The notes below the pieces were generated by a model. The model did no database searches. It was given only the letters and a program-made list of their open reading frames with translations, and was not told where the DNA came from. Shown piece after piece: positions 1 through 13,830 of a stretch of 64,000 nt of DNA (position 1 is the first letter of the stretch; each line of letters begins with the position of its first letter). Both the position numbers and the translations under genes were made by a program. Source of the stretch: Ophelia neglecta (lineage: Eukaryota); NCBI GenBank assembly GCA_965285935.1, contig OZ260662.1, positions 67,704,001-67,768,000 on the forward strand, in the 5' to 3' direction.

Positions 1-1371
1 CGGTTTGGATATTCCACCATATAGGTTTTTGCTGAGGTCAATGTCTCAATATTGGGTTGGTTCTAATGTGGATAAATCTGCTATCCGTCTGCTCTCTACG
101 GTGGCCGCCTAGCCCCTTACTCCGATATTAATTTTCTTATATGTTAGGTCTCTATGTTTTATTCGCGCCATAGTGCATGGTGTTAGTGAGAGTGTATCCA
201 TACTCAGTCACATTATGCGACATGATTTTAGAATTTTTAAAACTTACCAAAGCACTATATTGCTTATTTTATGATAAAGTTAGCTCTATTGTTGATATGA
301 GAATCTTGCGCTTTTCATATGAGATCGGTGTATGTACATCTCGTTCGTGTTAACCACTCTAGTCGGCTTATTGTAGTTTCTGAACTATAGTCTACCGCAC
401 GTTTTATCAGGTATTTCCGTTGGTACAAACGTAGTAGAATATGTTTTGTGTAGGTTGATGTATCGCAGACGTTTATACCCATGGCATTCTTTGGTAAAGT
501 GGCGCTGAGTGGTAGGCGTTTTATCTTACCATTCTGGTATACTTTCCGGTTTTTATTACGTTTTTACTACGTTTTCGTATATCGGAATTTGTCTACACAC
601 AGTAGATATATTCTTCTAGATAATGTTCTCATTCATAATGATTAAAGTCATCATTTTCAAGAAAAAGACAGTAATATATATAGATAAATTTGACGTTCTT
701 CAAATACTTCGTATACAAACCTACAGTTTATCACATATATTTAAGGAAGCAACAGAGAGTAGCCCTTAAGTGCCCCCAAAATGAACTCTCCTCCTTCTAG
801 GGCAATACCAACTCGTTTTGTCTAGTTTAGTGTTTCCTGTATTAGACATAAAGCAAAGGTTTCGAAAACAAAACTGACAAAGCTTTCAATTGAGATCAGG
901 CGACCACGCTAAAAGCCCCTTAAAACACCTCTCAGATGAGCAACGCATGGTAATTTGCCAGAACATTCTGTTTCTCCAACGTGACTACCATGCATATACT
1001 TTGAGGGGTAGTTCGTCTGCGTGAAAGCTTCTGTCGACCAACACTTGTTTACACGGTGATGTAGTCCAACGTTAGCTTTATTCATCTGCACATTTTTTAT
1101 TATTGCACATTTCAGAAGTGTGTTATTTCATAATATTTTGTAAGAAGGTTCAACTAACCGTCTGCGTATGTGTGCTATTCGACATAGATTTCCGCAAAGA
1201 AAATAGTGCTTTCATTCTGGCGCAGGTGATACAGGCGGCTCCATCAGATACCGCGGAAGCGTTAGTTAAATTTAGAGGAAGCTGCATGCCCAGGGTTGGC
1301 ATCCTAACCAGTATCGTGTAGCCCTTATTCAGAGCAAGATGACTTCCTCTTCCCAATGCCATTTATATATA

Positions 1372-1549
1372 CAGTGAAACCTGCCTTCAAGACCACCTAT
1401 ATAATCAGACCACCTGCCAATTCAGACCACTAATATGAGGACCATACTGTATGCTTTCAATGTTCAATAACTTTGTTTAAACATACCACCTTCGAAATCA
1501 GACTAGTATTTGCCAGTCCCTTGGTGGTCTTAATTCACAGGTTTCACTG
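1372..1549. mobile_element. 178-bp MITE, Tc1/mariner-pogo type
   Basis: TA|CAGTGAAACCTG...CAGGTTTCACTG|TA: a perfect 12-bp TIR extending imperfectly to about 26 bp (…aagaccacc / ggtggtctt…), TA target duplication, and internal GACCAC repeats. Confidence 0.88.
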
Positions 1550-2159
1550 TATATATTTAGAGAGAGAGACTAGCTACTGGTCGTTTTTTTCGGTATCTTT
1601 TTTTGAACTGATCATCATTAAGCCCCTAAAGATGACATATCTTTTTATTATCAGCATAGGATACTAACTTTATTCAGGGTGTGAGTTAGTCCATGTCATT
1701 AATTTTGTAAAAGGACTCATAGTACGATGTAGAACATGTCATTCATCGCAACATTCCAGTCTACAATTATAGTGATAAAAGATTAACAAGGTGCGACTGG
1801 AAGCAACAGAAAAGGTGTGTAACAGGCAGGGAAAAGCTTAATGTTCACTTTATCCTATAAACATGCGAGGCCAGGCCTATTTTGTACATGAAAAGATGGA
1901 TTAGCCATATCCATTGTCTAATTGGCACTTTATGTAATGAAATCCCCAACGTACATCCGGTGAATATAGACCCGACAAGAGAATACTTATTATATAATAA
2001 ACAATTTTACTGAAACCAAGAAAAGTATTTCCGCAATCTGGACCTCTCTTGTGCCAAAATAAAATAAAACGTTGCACTTTTTTACGCTACGTATACATAG
2101 TCGAACAGCCCAGTGGCCATACTGTTCGTCCGATTATTTTAACACTAACAGGAACTTAC

Positions 2160-2212
2160 ATGTCGGACAACAAACCCTGCAGGCTAACAACATATATTCT
2201 GTTTTCGAACAT
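2160..2212 (-). CDS. Candidate first coding exon of a minus-strand gene running off the left edge
   Basis: CpG-rich 2250-2500 with CCAAT on the minus strand near 2492, and a consensus donor AT|GTAAGT at 2159. ATG at 2212 gives MFENRIYVVSLQGLLSD (phase 2); ATG at 2193 gives MLLACRVCCPT (phase 1). No downstream exon was identified. Confidence 0.3.
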
Positions 2213-5200
2213 CGCTCCTGTTATTGTAAGCTCAGCGATTTGAAGAGGTTGTTAAGATACGTTATCCCTCGACGATTCAAAACACCTGCTCGGAAGCGAT
2301 CGCTGACAGTGGAGAGACTCTGGGCCGTCTGCTCGCTACCGTCAGCGTACTACACCGAGAACAGCAGCTGCCGTGTCCCTCGGGGCTGAATCGTCCTCAC
2401 TAGACCCTCCCTAAACGCAGTGGAAAGCCACTCCTTCCCTCTACTATTCCGCGTTCCTCCGCCTTCAACATGCCTCCGGCTAGGAAAAACCATTGGCCGT
2501 GTTGCAGTCATGGCATGGAATCCTGTTAATAACATACTGAGCGTGTGTCGGACAATGGCTCCAGGGAAGCTTCAGGCTATCAGCACAGTTGACTTTGGTC
2601 TGAGAAAACTTATGCAATTTATTACTTTAGCGCAGAACGGATCAATAGTGCATGCCTGCACCCAAACATGGGAACCAAGCTAAAAGCTACCAAGTTCTAG
2701 TGTGCAATACCAGGTTTGGCGCCATATGTAGTATGTTCACCATTTCTCTCTTTACTTTTTAGATTTATCACTGTATCTGTTTAGACGATACAACCGACAA
2801 TAAAATATGAATATGCTGTCACCAAGAGAGCAAGGCAAGCATCCATTACAATTACAACAATCAAAAGAATAGGCTAGTCGATAAGTAGTCACAACTTCAA
2901 ATTTATTTTCATCGTCTGCGCATGTTTTCAAGGATTAATTGAGCAATCAGTGTCTTTATGTGATCTATAGGCCTATAGCGTTAGCGCAGGCTTTCTTTCA
3001 ATGCATAAATGTAAGCCTTTATACCCTCAACTTTGGTGAACAAGACTTGATGAATTAGTGCATCACTATATTTTAGTCCCTCAGCTTGATAAATGATTAT
3101 TGCAAATGATGAGGGCCGAGGCAAGAACGGTAGACTTATTGCTGGACTTCCGTTGAGCTCGACTTAGCCCTTTAACATGTTCTTTACTTCCTTCGCCTGT
3201 TTCATGTATAAATGGATTGGATATATAGTCAATTTTTCAGGGTTGCCAGCACATTTGTCCGTAATATTCTGCAATACAAATCTACGAACTGACCATTGAC
3301 TATCAGAGAACGATCGACGTGATCATGGGGAATGATACTCTCAGCTCCAAATCTCCTGAAAACATTTCCGCTCAATATTATGCATATGTTTTTTCCATTT
3401 GATATCCCGAGTCAGGCCTGTACCAACCTTATTGTTTTCTTTTTAAATTTCAATATATTTGTATAGTCTTCTTGCTCCAACATCTGCGCGGGACAAAACT
3501 CAAAGGCATAATTGGGGCACTACATGATATCAGCTTTATGTCCGTTGACAAACAACTAGATGTCACAATGTGTTTTGGCTATGTATAGCTAGCAACTGAT
3601 GGTGTATACACCAAAAGAAATATATATTTTCATATAATTATGGCCGAGAAGACACGTTTTTCATGTGAAGATTGGGGTCCCTTTCATTGTAATAATTTAG
3701 GTGTATGTATGTTGCCTTTAACCTTGATGAACCACAGTTCGAGGCCTTAACCGTACCAATGCCGTTCTTAACACATATAACATTCTTGGTTCATTCAAGT
3801 TTCAAGGACAATGCCTCAAAAATGACATAGAACTATTAAAGGCGTCAAAGATGAATCACAGTTACTAAAGTGTGATTATATTGACACAGTGGCTGTGATC
3901 ACGGGTTTATATCACCCCCTGCGCATCTTATGTACAAAGAACAGACAATAAACGGATGTGCAAAGGTATGTTTTTGGTTGCACATAGTCACACAATTTTA
4001 ATGGTTCATAGGAGAACGCCTACCATGATTTATTTTATTGACAAACGAAAACATGATACATCGAGACCGAGTCTCTTTTGCTATATAACAACTATGTTGA
4101 TTGATGATAAACAAAAAAGTGTGTTCTTCGAGCGTCCCATAATGGCATGGTCAATAAATATTACGTTTCTTAGAGGTTTTTTTCAACTTTAGACAACCGG
4201 AATGGTTGTCTCGAATAACAAAATTCCTTTCAGCCCAGTTATATGATCATTTTAAGTCACAAATCACGATAAATCTTACATTATTCATTCGGCAATTTAA
4301 ACCCTGGGCCTGTACGTGCATAAAATAGAAGGCATATATTTGGCGTAACAGGCGCTGGGAAGGCTTAAAATCAGACTGGGACCAATCACATAATCATTTA
4401 AGAGTTGATTACACTGATTAATTAAAATCGAATGCCACGCGTCAAGACTAATGGTGGAATTCATATGAACATTCCGCGTTACCCAGGGGGCACTTATAAA
4501 CAGTGCATACGTTATAATAATAATCTAAACGTCTTAATTGGAGAACAATGTGTGTTAAAAAAATATACTCCTAGACTTTGCGTCAAACCCTTTTCACATA
4601 GGCCTATATATAAAATTACGACATAAAAATAAATGATTGGTAGGGTGGGCGGAAATATTTCTTTTAAAAAAAGATTGCATAAGGCATATAATGCATTGGT
4701 TCCCAGTTATTCATCCTATGTGTCATAACACTTGGGATGTTATTGCTCGTTCCTCTTTGTTAAATATTACCTATCTAGCATCATCAAAGTCCTCATCCAT
4801 TTGGTATTCATAAGGTAAATACAAGATATCAGGGTTTCTCTATCTGACAATATATGACCACCTGTGCCCATGTATGCAAATATCACATAAGTAAAAGGTA
4901 CAATTGGGCTGTCGTAGACATATGGCAATATATGAGCTAATGACGTAAAGGTAGTAAAATTATAACATTTATAGACCCATATATTTCAATTAATTTTACT
5001 GCTTAAAACATGAGTAGATTATGGGTAAAGCAGAGACCAGTGAGAAACGAAACCCTTAGACAATGTCGGCATTAAAGTAATCAAACAGCCCAGATATTGT
5101 CAATCAGTTTATTGTGGAATATAAACTAGTTCACATGCAGTTACCTTAGACAGGGCACTTGAGTCAATGAACGAGTAGCCTTTTACACCTAGAACTTAAG

Positions 5201-8200
5201 AGTGTAAATGCCATTCGTGATTTTAAAACGTGGTCCACCGTTGGGCAAACACGGAAACTATTCTTGGCTAGACGGAACCCTGTACCTCTTGTTTGTGGGT
5301 TACGTTCACTGACTAAAATCGGTAGTTTCCCAACCATAACTTCGGTAATAATGGCCATTTAGAGGTCGAGCCGAATCATTCAGCTTTCCGCTGAGACAAA
5401 TCTGAAACAAATGGAGACTATTATCACATACACATGTTACAAATAGCGTGACAAATGAAAGTGTCTCTGTTATGTATCCATTTTGTTCTTTCTGTTTTTT
5501 GTTTCCGGTTATCCCAATCTATATAAAATCTAGAGATACCATACATCAATAAAAGATTATTTTAATGAGATAGAGTCTTGAAGTATGCAAAGAAATCAAG
5601 TTTGAACTATTCAGGACTCCGAAAGCAAATTTATTGAACATATGCTGCAACCCATTAATTGTCACATATTTGTTTCACTTTTGTCTCTGTGACAATTCAA
5701 GAGACAATTGTATTTGTGTCCTCAATCTATTCTTAATCTTAAGTGAGATATAAGGAGACGTCCGGTTTGTCCTCGTGGGAGGTGATTGCCCCTGGGGCTC
5801 CTTCATCGCTGTCCCATCTTCCCCAAATGCGAACAATCATGTAGTTTATTGTGTATTTTTAGAAATATATATCTGTTTTATCTCTTAAATTTGAATGACC
5901 TACACATTTATGCATGGTCCATTGCGGCTGGATGTTCTTGTAAAACAATTACTTCCTGTTTGCTGTGCTTTTATAAAGTTCAGATCTAAATGCATATGTT
6001 TACAGCATTCTGGCCCAAATTATACTTAAATGTAATTAGGTCAATTTGGCATCTTTTTGTTGTTGTTTTTTTTGCTCCTCACCCCGTTTTGTCCACTCCT
6101 GGCACCGTCAACGCTATTTAAATCGCCTCATTGTTGAACAGAACAAATTGCTGTGCTCATTTCATTGCTTTGGTCACTTAATTTGGCTTAGATTTTGTTG
6201 TACGGTGTATTTCAATATGGCCTAATCTAGGGTAGGGTTTCGCTAGGCCAGACAAGGCAAGACAATCAATTGAGGCTGGCTGTTTGGATTTTCATTTTTA
6301 TTGATGCCATTGTCCTAAAGCAAATTCTATTCCTGGAGCCGTTGGCTGGAGGTTGCCCTTGTTATTGCTACTAATATTATCGGCCAATGGCTGCGTGAAT
6401 AGAAAGAAGGAAGTATCGGAAGGCGATAAGTCGGCCCCAAGCAATCAACCTCCATAGCCAGAGATGAAAGAACACAAAAAATAGTGGACTAATATTAATT
6501 GGTCTGTCTTCGACAGCTAGAACAATCCGAGTGTTAACAACCAATCCGAGGGAGCCTTAGGCAAGTTCTCGACATGTCTGATCACCAGTCCGCATTTAAC
6601 AAAGATACGTGGCAGTGTTTTAGTTCTATCATTGGCCAATGTCATTTGTGCACTTGCTGTATCAAGTGTATTGCAGCCACTTCTAAATAAATGAAGTGCA
6701 CTTAAGCCATACTTATACAGCAAAAGTGCTTCTTTCGAGCCCATGGAGCAAGCATTTTGCCATTATATTAATTCGGGTCGAGAGTCGTCTGTTCGTGAGA
6801 AAGAGTTGATTTCTAAACGTACAACTGAAAGCATTTTAGTTTTGGGGTTTATGACCTGCCATTTACAAAAGACCCCATAAACCGACGTCTTGGTATTTTA
6901 TCATACTCCTTGGCCTACCCAAAGGCTATCATTGCAAATCAGAGCAAACCGATGATCCACCATACCCCGACAAATTCTAGGCAGGATTTATTGGGAATGT
7001 TTGCCATTATTTGCTATAGAAAACTATTATACTGTTCTTCCCATACCTGATAAACATAATGATCGAAATGAATTAATATTCCTGATCTGAATTAAAACGT
7101 AAGCCGTCTACCACATCAGGGTCTTAATGAAGACTGGATCTATTGCAATGAGATGCATTCATATCACACTTCGCCTTACATACACATTTCCCGGAACATA
7201 CTTAATATGTTGAGAATATATGTTTAGCTCCATCTGTTGCCATATCACATAGATCCAGTCAACACTAGAGCATAAATACGAGCAGTCAGACTCCCGCCAC
7301 AAATATTTGCATGTGTTGGCTGCTGGACTACAATTCATCTCTAAGGACTATCTTCTAAATTTGATGAGATTTTTGGGGTGTATTTGGTCTACCGCCAACC
7401 AGTGGTGGAATGCGGCTTGGGATAACACTTACATAGGCTATTTGTTATACATGTGGCATGTCAACACTTATATGAGTATTACTGATAACAAAATTACTGT
7501 TGCATTTGGCACATTCATACATACTTTGGTAGCTTTACCCTCCAACTTGTGTGCTTAATAGTATTTTCTTACGTCTGTTAACGTTGCAAATATTTAGGAA
7601 AGTGGGCGAGAATATTCAGTAAATACCACAACGTATTTATTTTGATTAATATCTTCTCTTCATGGGAGATATACTTTGATTGTAGTTGGGGCCAAACGCT
7701 CATAACAGCTGCGTCTTCTTATCACACTCTATGAGGCCAATGGGGCTTAATAAATTTCGAAACTTCATTAAACATGGAATGCCTTTGATAAATAGCAGAA
7801 TGGGTGATGTATCAAGTCTGAACTTACATGCAGCGGGCCCGTTATAAGTCACAATGTTTGCAGTTAGTTTGATTCCTTGGTGACAAGTTAACAACCAGAC
7901 TGCCAGATGTATTTTACCAGGATCAACTAATAGTCAGATAATTAGATGTGATCTCCGAAACATAACACATAGCCATCTTCCATGCTGAAATCTTTAGACA
8001 GTTATCTAACAGCCAGTCTCCATGATCAAATATATCAACGTTTGGCTTAACAGTCAGATTGATGTAATCGTCTCAGTTGAACAAACAGTCACACTCCTAG
8101 TTAACTAAACAAAACAACTGTAAATATATTTGCTTTACCATTTTTGGTTACGATTTGTTGCTGTTCGAAATAATATCTTGAAAATAACAAAATAATTATA

Positions 8201-9216
8201 AAAGCCAGCCAAATAATATAGCTAAACGTTGTCTTGTTGCTTATTAAAACTAAAATTATTGGTTAAATGTTAATTTTTGATGCGAGATGGAACCACAAGT
8301 ATCTTGTCCATCAATTTTTACTAGGTATATTTTAGTTATTATTATAGGTTAGACTCGTAACATGTAGTTTCTACGTGAAAGGGCTATCACAAAATAGGCA
8401 CTAAAATATCTATTTTGAGGCATATAGAAAGGTAGAAATAAGAAGAGTTTTGTGACTCTGATTAAGAGACTTTTTTTAGCAAAATTCAAATACCGCATTG
8501 TTTTGTTGGGCGGCATCCATACTTTACATAATAACAATTGATATATCTCTTTATCATAATAAGTAAGTTGACCCTTTTAATTTGAGATTAATTGGTCCGT
8601 TTTCCAAATAATATGGTCTCAATGAGGAGAATTTGGCTATCATGCAATGTACCTAAATGTATTGGACCCGATTATCCATTCCATGTTATAGATTCTGCTA
8701 TCAGAGGCTACGAATGATACAATCAAGTCCACATATTATAGTCCTGCCTATTCTGCATCTCGGCTTTTTGCCTTCTGGAAGTATTGTTTTCACAAAACTG
8801 TGGCGAAATGGGGACATTTGAGAGTACAAATTCTGTCGGGCTAGTGGACTAAGTGTGAAATTCATTTATTATTTCCAGTCGTATAACTGTAAGCAAGGAA
8901 AACGCATGGTTGTTTAATATAGATTTTTCGGGTAAACGGTCATTCGAGGTATTTTATCTAGAGGGATTTCAAACACTTCTTGTTTTGTATATTTCTAACA
9001 AATAAACAAAGTTTTTATCATATTCTAGTGATATGAAAAGTTCAATCCTGTTACAAAACATTTAATACACAGGTTTCATTGTAAACCAGGGGTTGGCGTG
9101 TCTTATTGCTTATGATTATATACCTAAAACGCATATAAAGAGTAAAACGGTAAATTTTGTTTTGCGAGGAGTCCCAGAGTATTAATTAACAACTGTTTTT
9201 TGAAAAAATATGATTT

Positions 9217-9304
9217 GGTTTGTTGGAACACATTCAAACTTCTCGTAAGCACAATAGATGGGTTTGTTGGACCACAGTCAAACTTTTCGTAACCACAGTA
9301 AATT
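9217..9304. repeat. Tandem duplication, 2 x 44 bp
   Basis: ggtttgttggaacacattcaaacttctcgtaagcacaatagatg / ggtttgttggaccacagtcaaacttttcgtaaccacagtaaatt. Confidence 0.85.
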
Positions 9305-12300
9305 GTCTAGAAAGTGCCAAAATACAATTGTAAATACCCCATATTGTCCATATTGTTTTTAAATGTTTAAAAGCAAAAGTTATTACCCCGCAGAAAAGAA
9401 AATTCGTCTTTCAAAAATTACGCGCTCTGCGTTTTCACTTAAACTCATTTCTAATCGACAAAGTTTTCCAAAATTGCTTATGAAGTCCCTGTGTGACCTC
9501 TATGGTGGAATATGTAAGAATCGTGTTTGGCTCTGAGGCTGATAGTATTGCACATGAATATGTCCAGTTCAGCTCGCTAACATAGTGCACAGGCAAATAG
9601 CAAAACACTTTCATATGATAATAACAATTTTTTCCCGTCTATCTCCGGTTCCATATTACCCGTCTTCAGTCATGAATAACATGAGAGGAGTAGACATGCA
9701 AAACACATCATAATACCTGCGTGTAAAACTTCCAGAGATTATATTTTTCCCAAAATATTAAAGTAAGCTTAACACCCGCTTTCGATTAGTAATACTAAGT
9801 TTATATACTACATGTTACAAGGAGACAAGAAATGCTCAGAATAGCATGATTTAATTGTCGTTCAACGCAAATGTATTGCCCACAGATGAGAACTGGTTGC
9901 ACCTGCATTGCTCCCTCTGTCTGCCAGTGTACGTGTGGTCAAGGTCATGAATCGCATGACCGGTTGTATCTTTCCTTGTGAAAGGTTAACTGATGTCATG
10001 CAATCCTTTTTTTATCCTTCTTGTTTTCGTCGGTCTTCTCAGATGTTCCTTATTGGAGCAGATGACATGAAAACAAAGATCTTTTGATTATTGATGCTCT
10101 TCAACTTTTTCTCCCGAAAACCAAATGTTTTCAAAGCCTTTAGTACTTTATGATAATAATTAATTGTAACCTTTTCCTTAATTATATTACTGATTGTCGT
10201 CCCATCTCATGCTCAATTACATCATGACTTATGTAGGTATTCCTGCTATTTGGTAGGATATTTTTGGCAAATTACAATCTTGTGATACACTCTTTATTCT
10301 AGTCCGACATAATTCCACTGCGGTTTTCTTAACTCAATAATTGTTATTATCATTGCTTTATTCATAATGTGTTCTCTGTAATTCAAGGAATTAAGTTTTG
10401 TGACTCGTAGCAGATTTTAAATATCGATCTGCTTTGTCGAAATAGAAAAGGCTAACATACCAGGCCAAAGACTCCGTAACATCTTCGAATAGGACAACTG
10501 TTCATGGATTGTTTTGTGGCTGAATAGCACCTCCTTTCAAAAAAAATCCTCGTTTAAATAATATACATGTTCGTTGTTTTTATGTCTCCGAATTGCCCAA
10601 TATAAAACCCGCATTGGTATATAATTATTTCTTTTGGAAATAAATGTGTTTTGTCATCCAGAGAAACTAATGTTATTGCACAATCACCCACAATTATATA
10701 ATTATGTTCGTTTCAAATGGTATATGGTATTTTTGCTGCAGTTACAAATACATGAACCTGTTTCGACTTTGGTGTTGTTTCTGTACTAGCTCAATCTGTT
10801 GGTCCAATAGTTTTTAGCATATCTACTATGTGTGTAAGTTTATTCATCGTTTTGTTGTATAATTTTAAAGTCAGTATGAAAATATACTTAACTAAACGAT
10901 AATGTTGTCATTTTAAATTAAACTAGTTTAACGCTTGTAACGTAATATATTTTAGTTGTAATTATATCTTCCATTATAAAATGTATTTTCCTATTATATA
11001 TTTAGAAACCCAAACTTCCTCGATAAACTTCCAGCTGTTGCGGGAAACAGCACAAATGTGCCTCAACTAATTAAGGAGGTCAGCGGATACAGCTTCGGCC
11101 ATAGCTGGCGTGTTCAAATAAAAGGAATTTAATCAAAACGCAGCCTCTTTATCACAACTGGCCTTAGTGATGATTTAAGACACAATGGATTTAAGGACAA
11201 GGTTTGATTCCCGGGTCCCCAATTAAGCGCCCCGCCCCCACCCAATACTTGCATAATAAAAAATGATTATTTCACAAATGGGTAATTTTGAGGGGTGGTC
11301 GATTGCTTCATAAATTGCCATGAAACACCTTGTGCATTTGACATTCAGATTTCCTCACCCCTGAAAACAATGTAATGTAAAAGGCTTCTCGACAGGTTTC
11401 CAGTTACTTTCTTTATTATGTGAAGACATATATTTTTAGTTGTAATTTGACCACAATTTCAATGAGAGAGGTAAATATTAAAACATTGTGGTCGATTCAG
11501 TCTTTATGGTAACATGTGACTTACCGTTTCAATACGGACAGAAACACATTTCAATAAATGTAATAATATTTTCATTAGCAACATACATGCTATAAAGCAA
11601 TGCCGAAATAAGTTGACGTGTTCTAACCATGTTCTATGTATATACATTGTAGTCTTATATGAATGCCTATGGTATATGCATTATTTTATTCCCCCTCCAA
11701 GCTATTTCCTTGTTGTTTTAAGTAGACCCCGGTCGCATATGGATAACTAGGCAAAGATGCTAGAGATTGAATAATAATAATAGTTATTGTTTCCATTTAT
11801 ATAGTTTCATTGTATATGATATTAACATCACAACGCTCCCCTTCCGTGGCTTTTTGGAGAGGTGTGTAATACTTCCCTTCTAATCCTAGTTATGAAAATC
11901 GATTAATATTGCATTGGTGTTTAGACTTTTCTAGTATTAATGCAAATTAACTGGGCCACCTTCCCTGTAAACATTGCATTCATGTGCTACTGGCTACATT
12001 AACTCTTTTTTTCACTGAGATATTGTGCGATATTGTGCGAACCAAATAGGCCACTATCACGATCGTAGTCTTTTTTTAAAATAATTGGGGTTGCAGATGT
12101 TTCCTAAGCACTATCCCAGATATCCAAACTGACTCGCAGGCCAAATCAACCCAATTTGTTTTGAACATCACGAAAGCAACATAGCAAGCTTAAGTTATTA
12201 TTCACTAATTTGGACTAACTGTGGACATAATTTATATGTATTTCTATAAACAATTTCGTTAAGGGGGAAATGAGATATAACTATGGAGTTTCCACTTGAC

Positions 12301-13563
12301 AAGGGTACGTTGGAGCGATCTATGGTGACACATTTCCCGGCCATGGTAGGAAGAGATTTTCTTGTCAAAAAAGCAATGTATTGACAAAAAGGGTAGGCCC
12401 CACACTTCTGAGAAAGGTCATAGTATGCCATTATCTCCAAGAACATTTTTATAAGAGTTTGATGATGAATATGTTTAGCACAAAATGTAGTTTACATGGA
12501 AGTCAAGAAAAATCCATGAAATCAGCACGTACACTTAAGGGTGCATATTGTTATTAGCTTCATTTAAGTGTCATATTATATACAATATATAAGATGTAAG
12601 ATTAGAAGTAATAAAAACAGCAACAAAAAGGAATACAGTACAAATATGAAATAAATCAAAAGGACTGGCAGCCCAAGGCTTGTGTTTTTAATGACGAGGC
12701 AATAGTATCAACTAATACAAGTTAACTCATGTGTAGTCGTGGGAGGTAGTTAAGACAAATTGTGCAAACCAGATGCTTCTCCACGAAGCATGTGAAAAAC
12801 GAATCTTGGAGTATTCAGCAACACATTACTGTTAGTTTTCACCCAAAACTCCACTTCATGGTTGGGCCTTCCGAGCGCTGGTGAACATGTTTCACCTTTT
12901 TTCCGCCAAAAAACGCGGTTGGATACCTGGCAAACACAGCAAATTCATCATCCAAGAATAGTGCATTAAATCGTTCCGAAATCATTAGGAACCAGCCGCT
13001 ACTGGCCCACAATGTGGCATATTTATTGCTTGTCTATTATTCCAGGCTCATTTAGCTTTTTGAAAGTGTGCACATCTTTTGATATGAAACAAATTGGGAA
13101 TATCAAGGCCTCAACCTGGCTTTTAAACATCAGTTGATACTGCAAGTGAACGCTAGGATTCTCTTAAATTGACATCTAGAACTATTCGGCAAATAAACAA
13201 CATTGCATACGATAAGAGACATACATGATATGCCCGTACTTTTCACACAACTGGTAATTATTAATGTGCAGTTTGCGTACATGAGGACATAAAATTAAAT
13301 AAAACTAATACTTTCTAAATAAAAAAATTAGCTAATTCGTCTGATACTCAATTAATTAGATATAATTTAGTTCATTCTTATCATTTTGGTGTGTGACTCC
13401 CAGCATTGAATTGTGGGTAATACTCTGTTGCGGACACTGGTTAGCCAGTAGAATATTCCATATGCATGTGTAGATAGCGAACAGTCTACGTCTTTACATA
13501 TAAAGATTCTTAATAACAAAGAGAAGTTAAACAATATAATTCAATATGGAAGCATATCCCTCA

Positions 13564-13830
13564 CTAATACCAGGTACAATTCCAAGCACATAACACATGT
13601 GTAACTACATATTGTTTAAATGATAACAATTTGTTCCATTTCAGATGAAGGGGTGCTTGATACTCAGGAATAGAGATAAATAAATCCATGAATACTGGTT
13701 TTGAATACTTCCTGATAAGACCTACTAGTTCTCCTCGCACGATGAAATGGAAGTAGGTGCATTTTATGCGTATTGTTTTCATCCAGGATAGTGTAAATAA
13801 ATATACTTTTAACTTTATAGTGGATGCCAC
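13564..13830 (-). mobile_element. Possible decayed LINE ORF2 C-terminal remnant
   Basis: YFHFIVRGELVGLIRKYSKP...KWNKLLS loosely resembles the EYHFxxxCxxYxxLRxKY...KFxxLLS tail of CR1-like ORF2. The match is weak. Confidence 0.25.

Noticed and set aside
9217-9304. Same 44-bp period as the splice-junction array
   Set aside because: The sequences are unrelated, so the shared period is treated as coincidence.
11158-11215. tRNA-like A/B boxes (tggccttagtg ... ggtttgattcc)
   Set aside because: No cloverleaf. At most a decayed SINE head, too weak to call.
12960-13090. Possible L1/Tx1 zinc-knuckle remnant on the minus strand (HTFKKLNEPGIIDK..IC)
   Set aside because: Needs frameshifts and contains stops; the similarity is too weak without a search.
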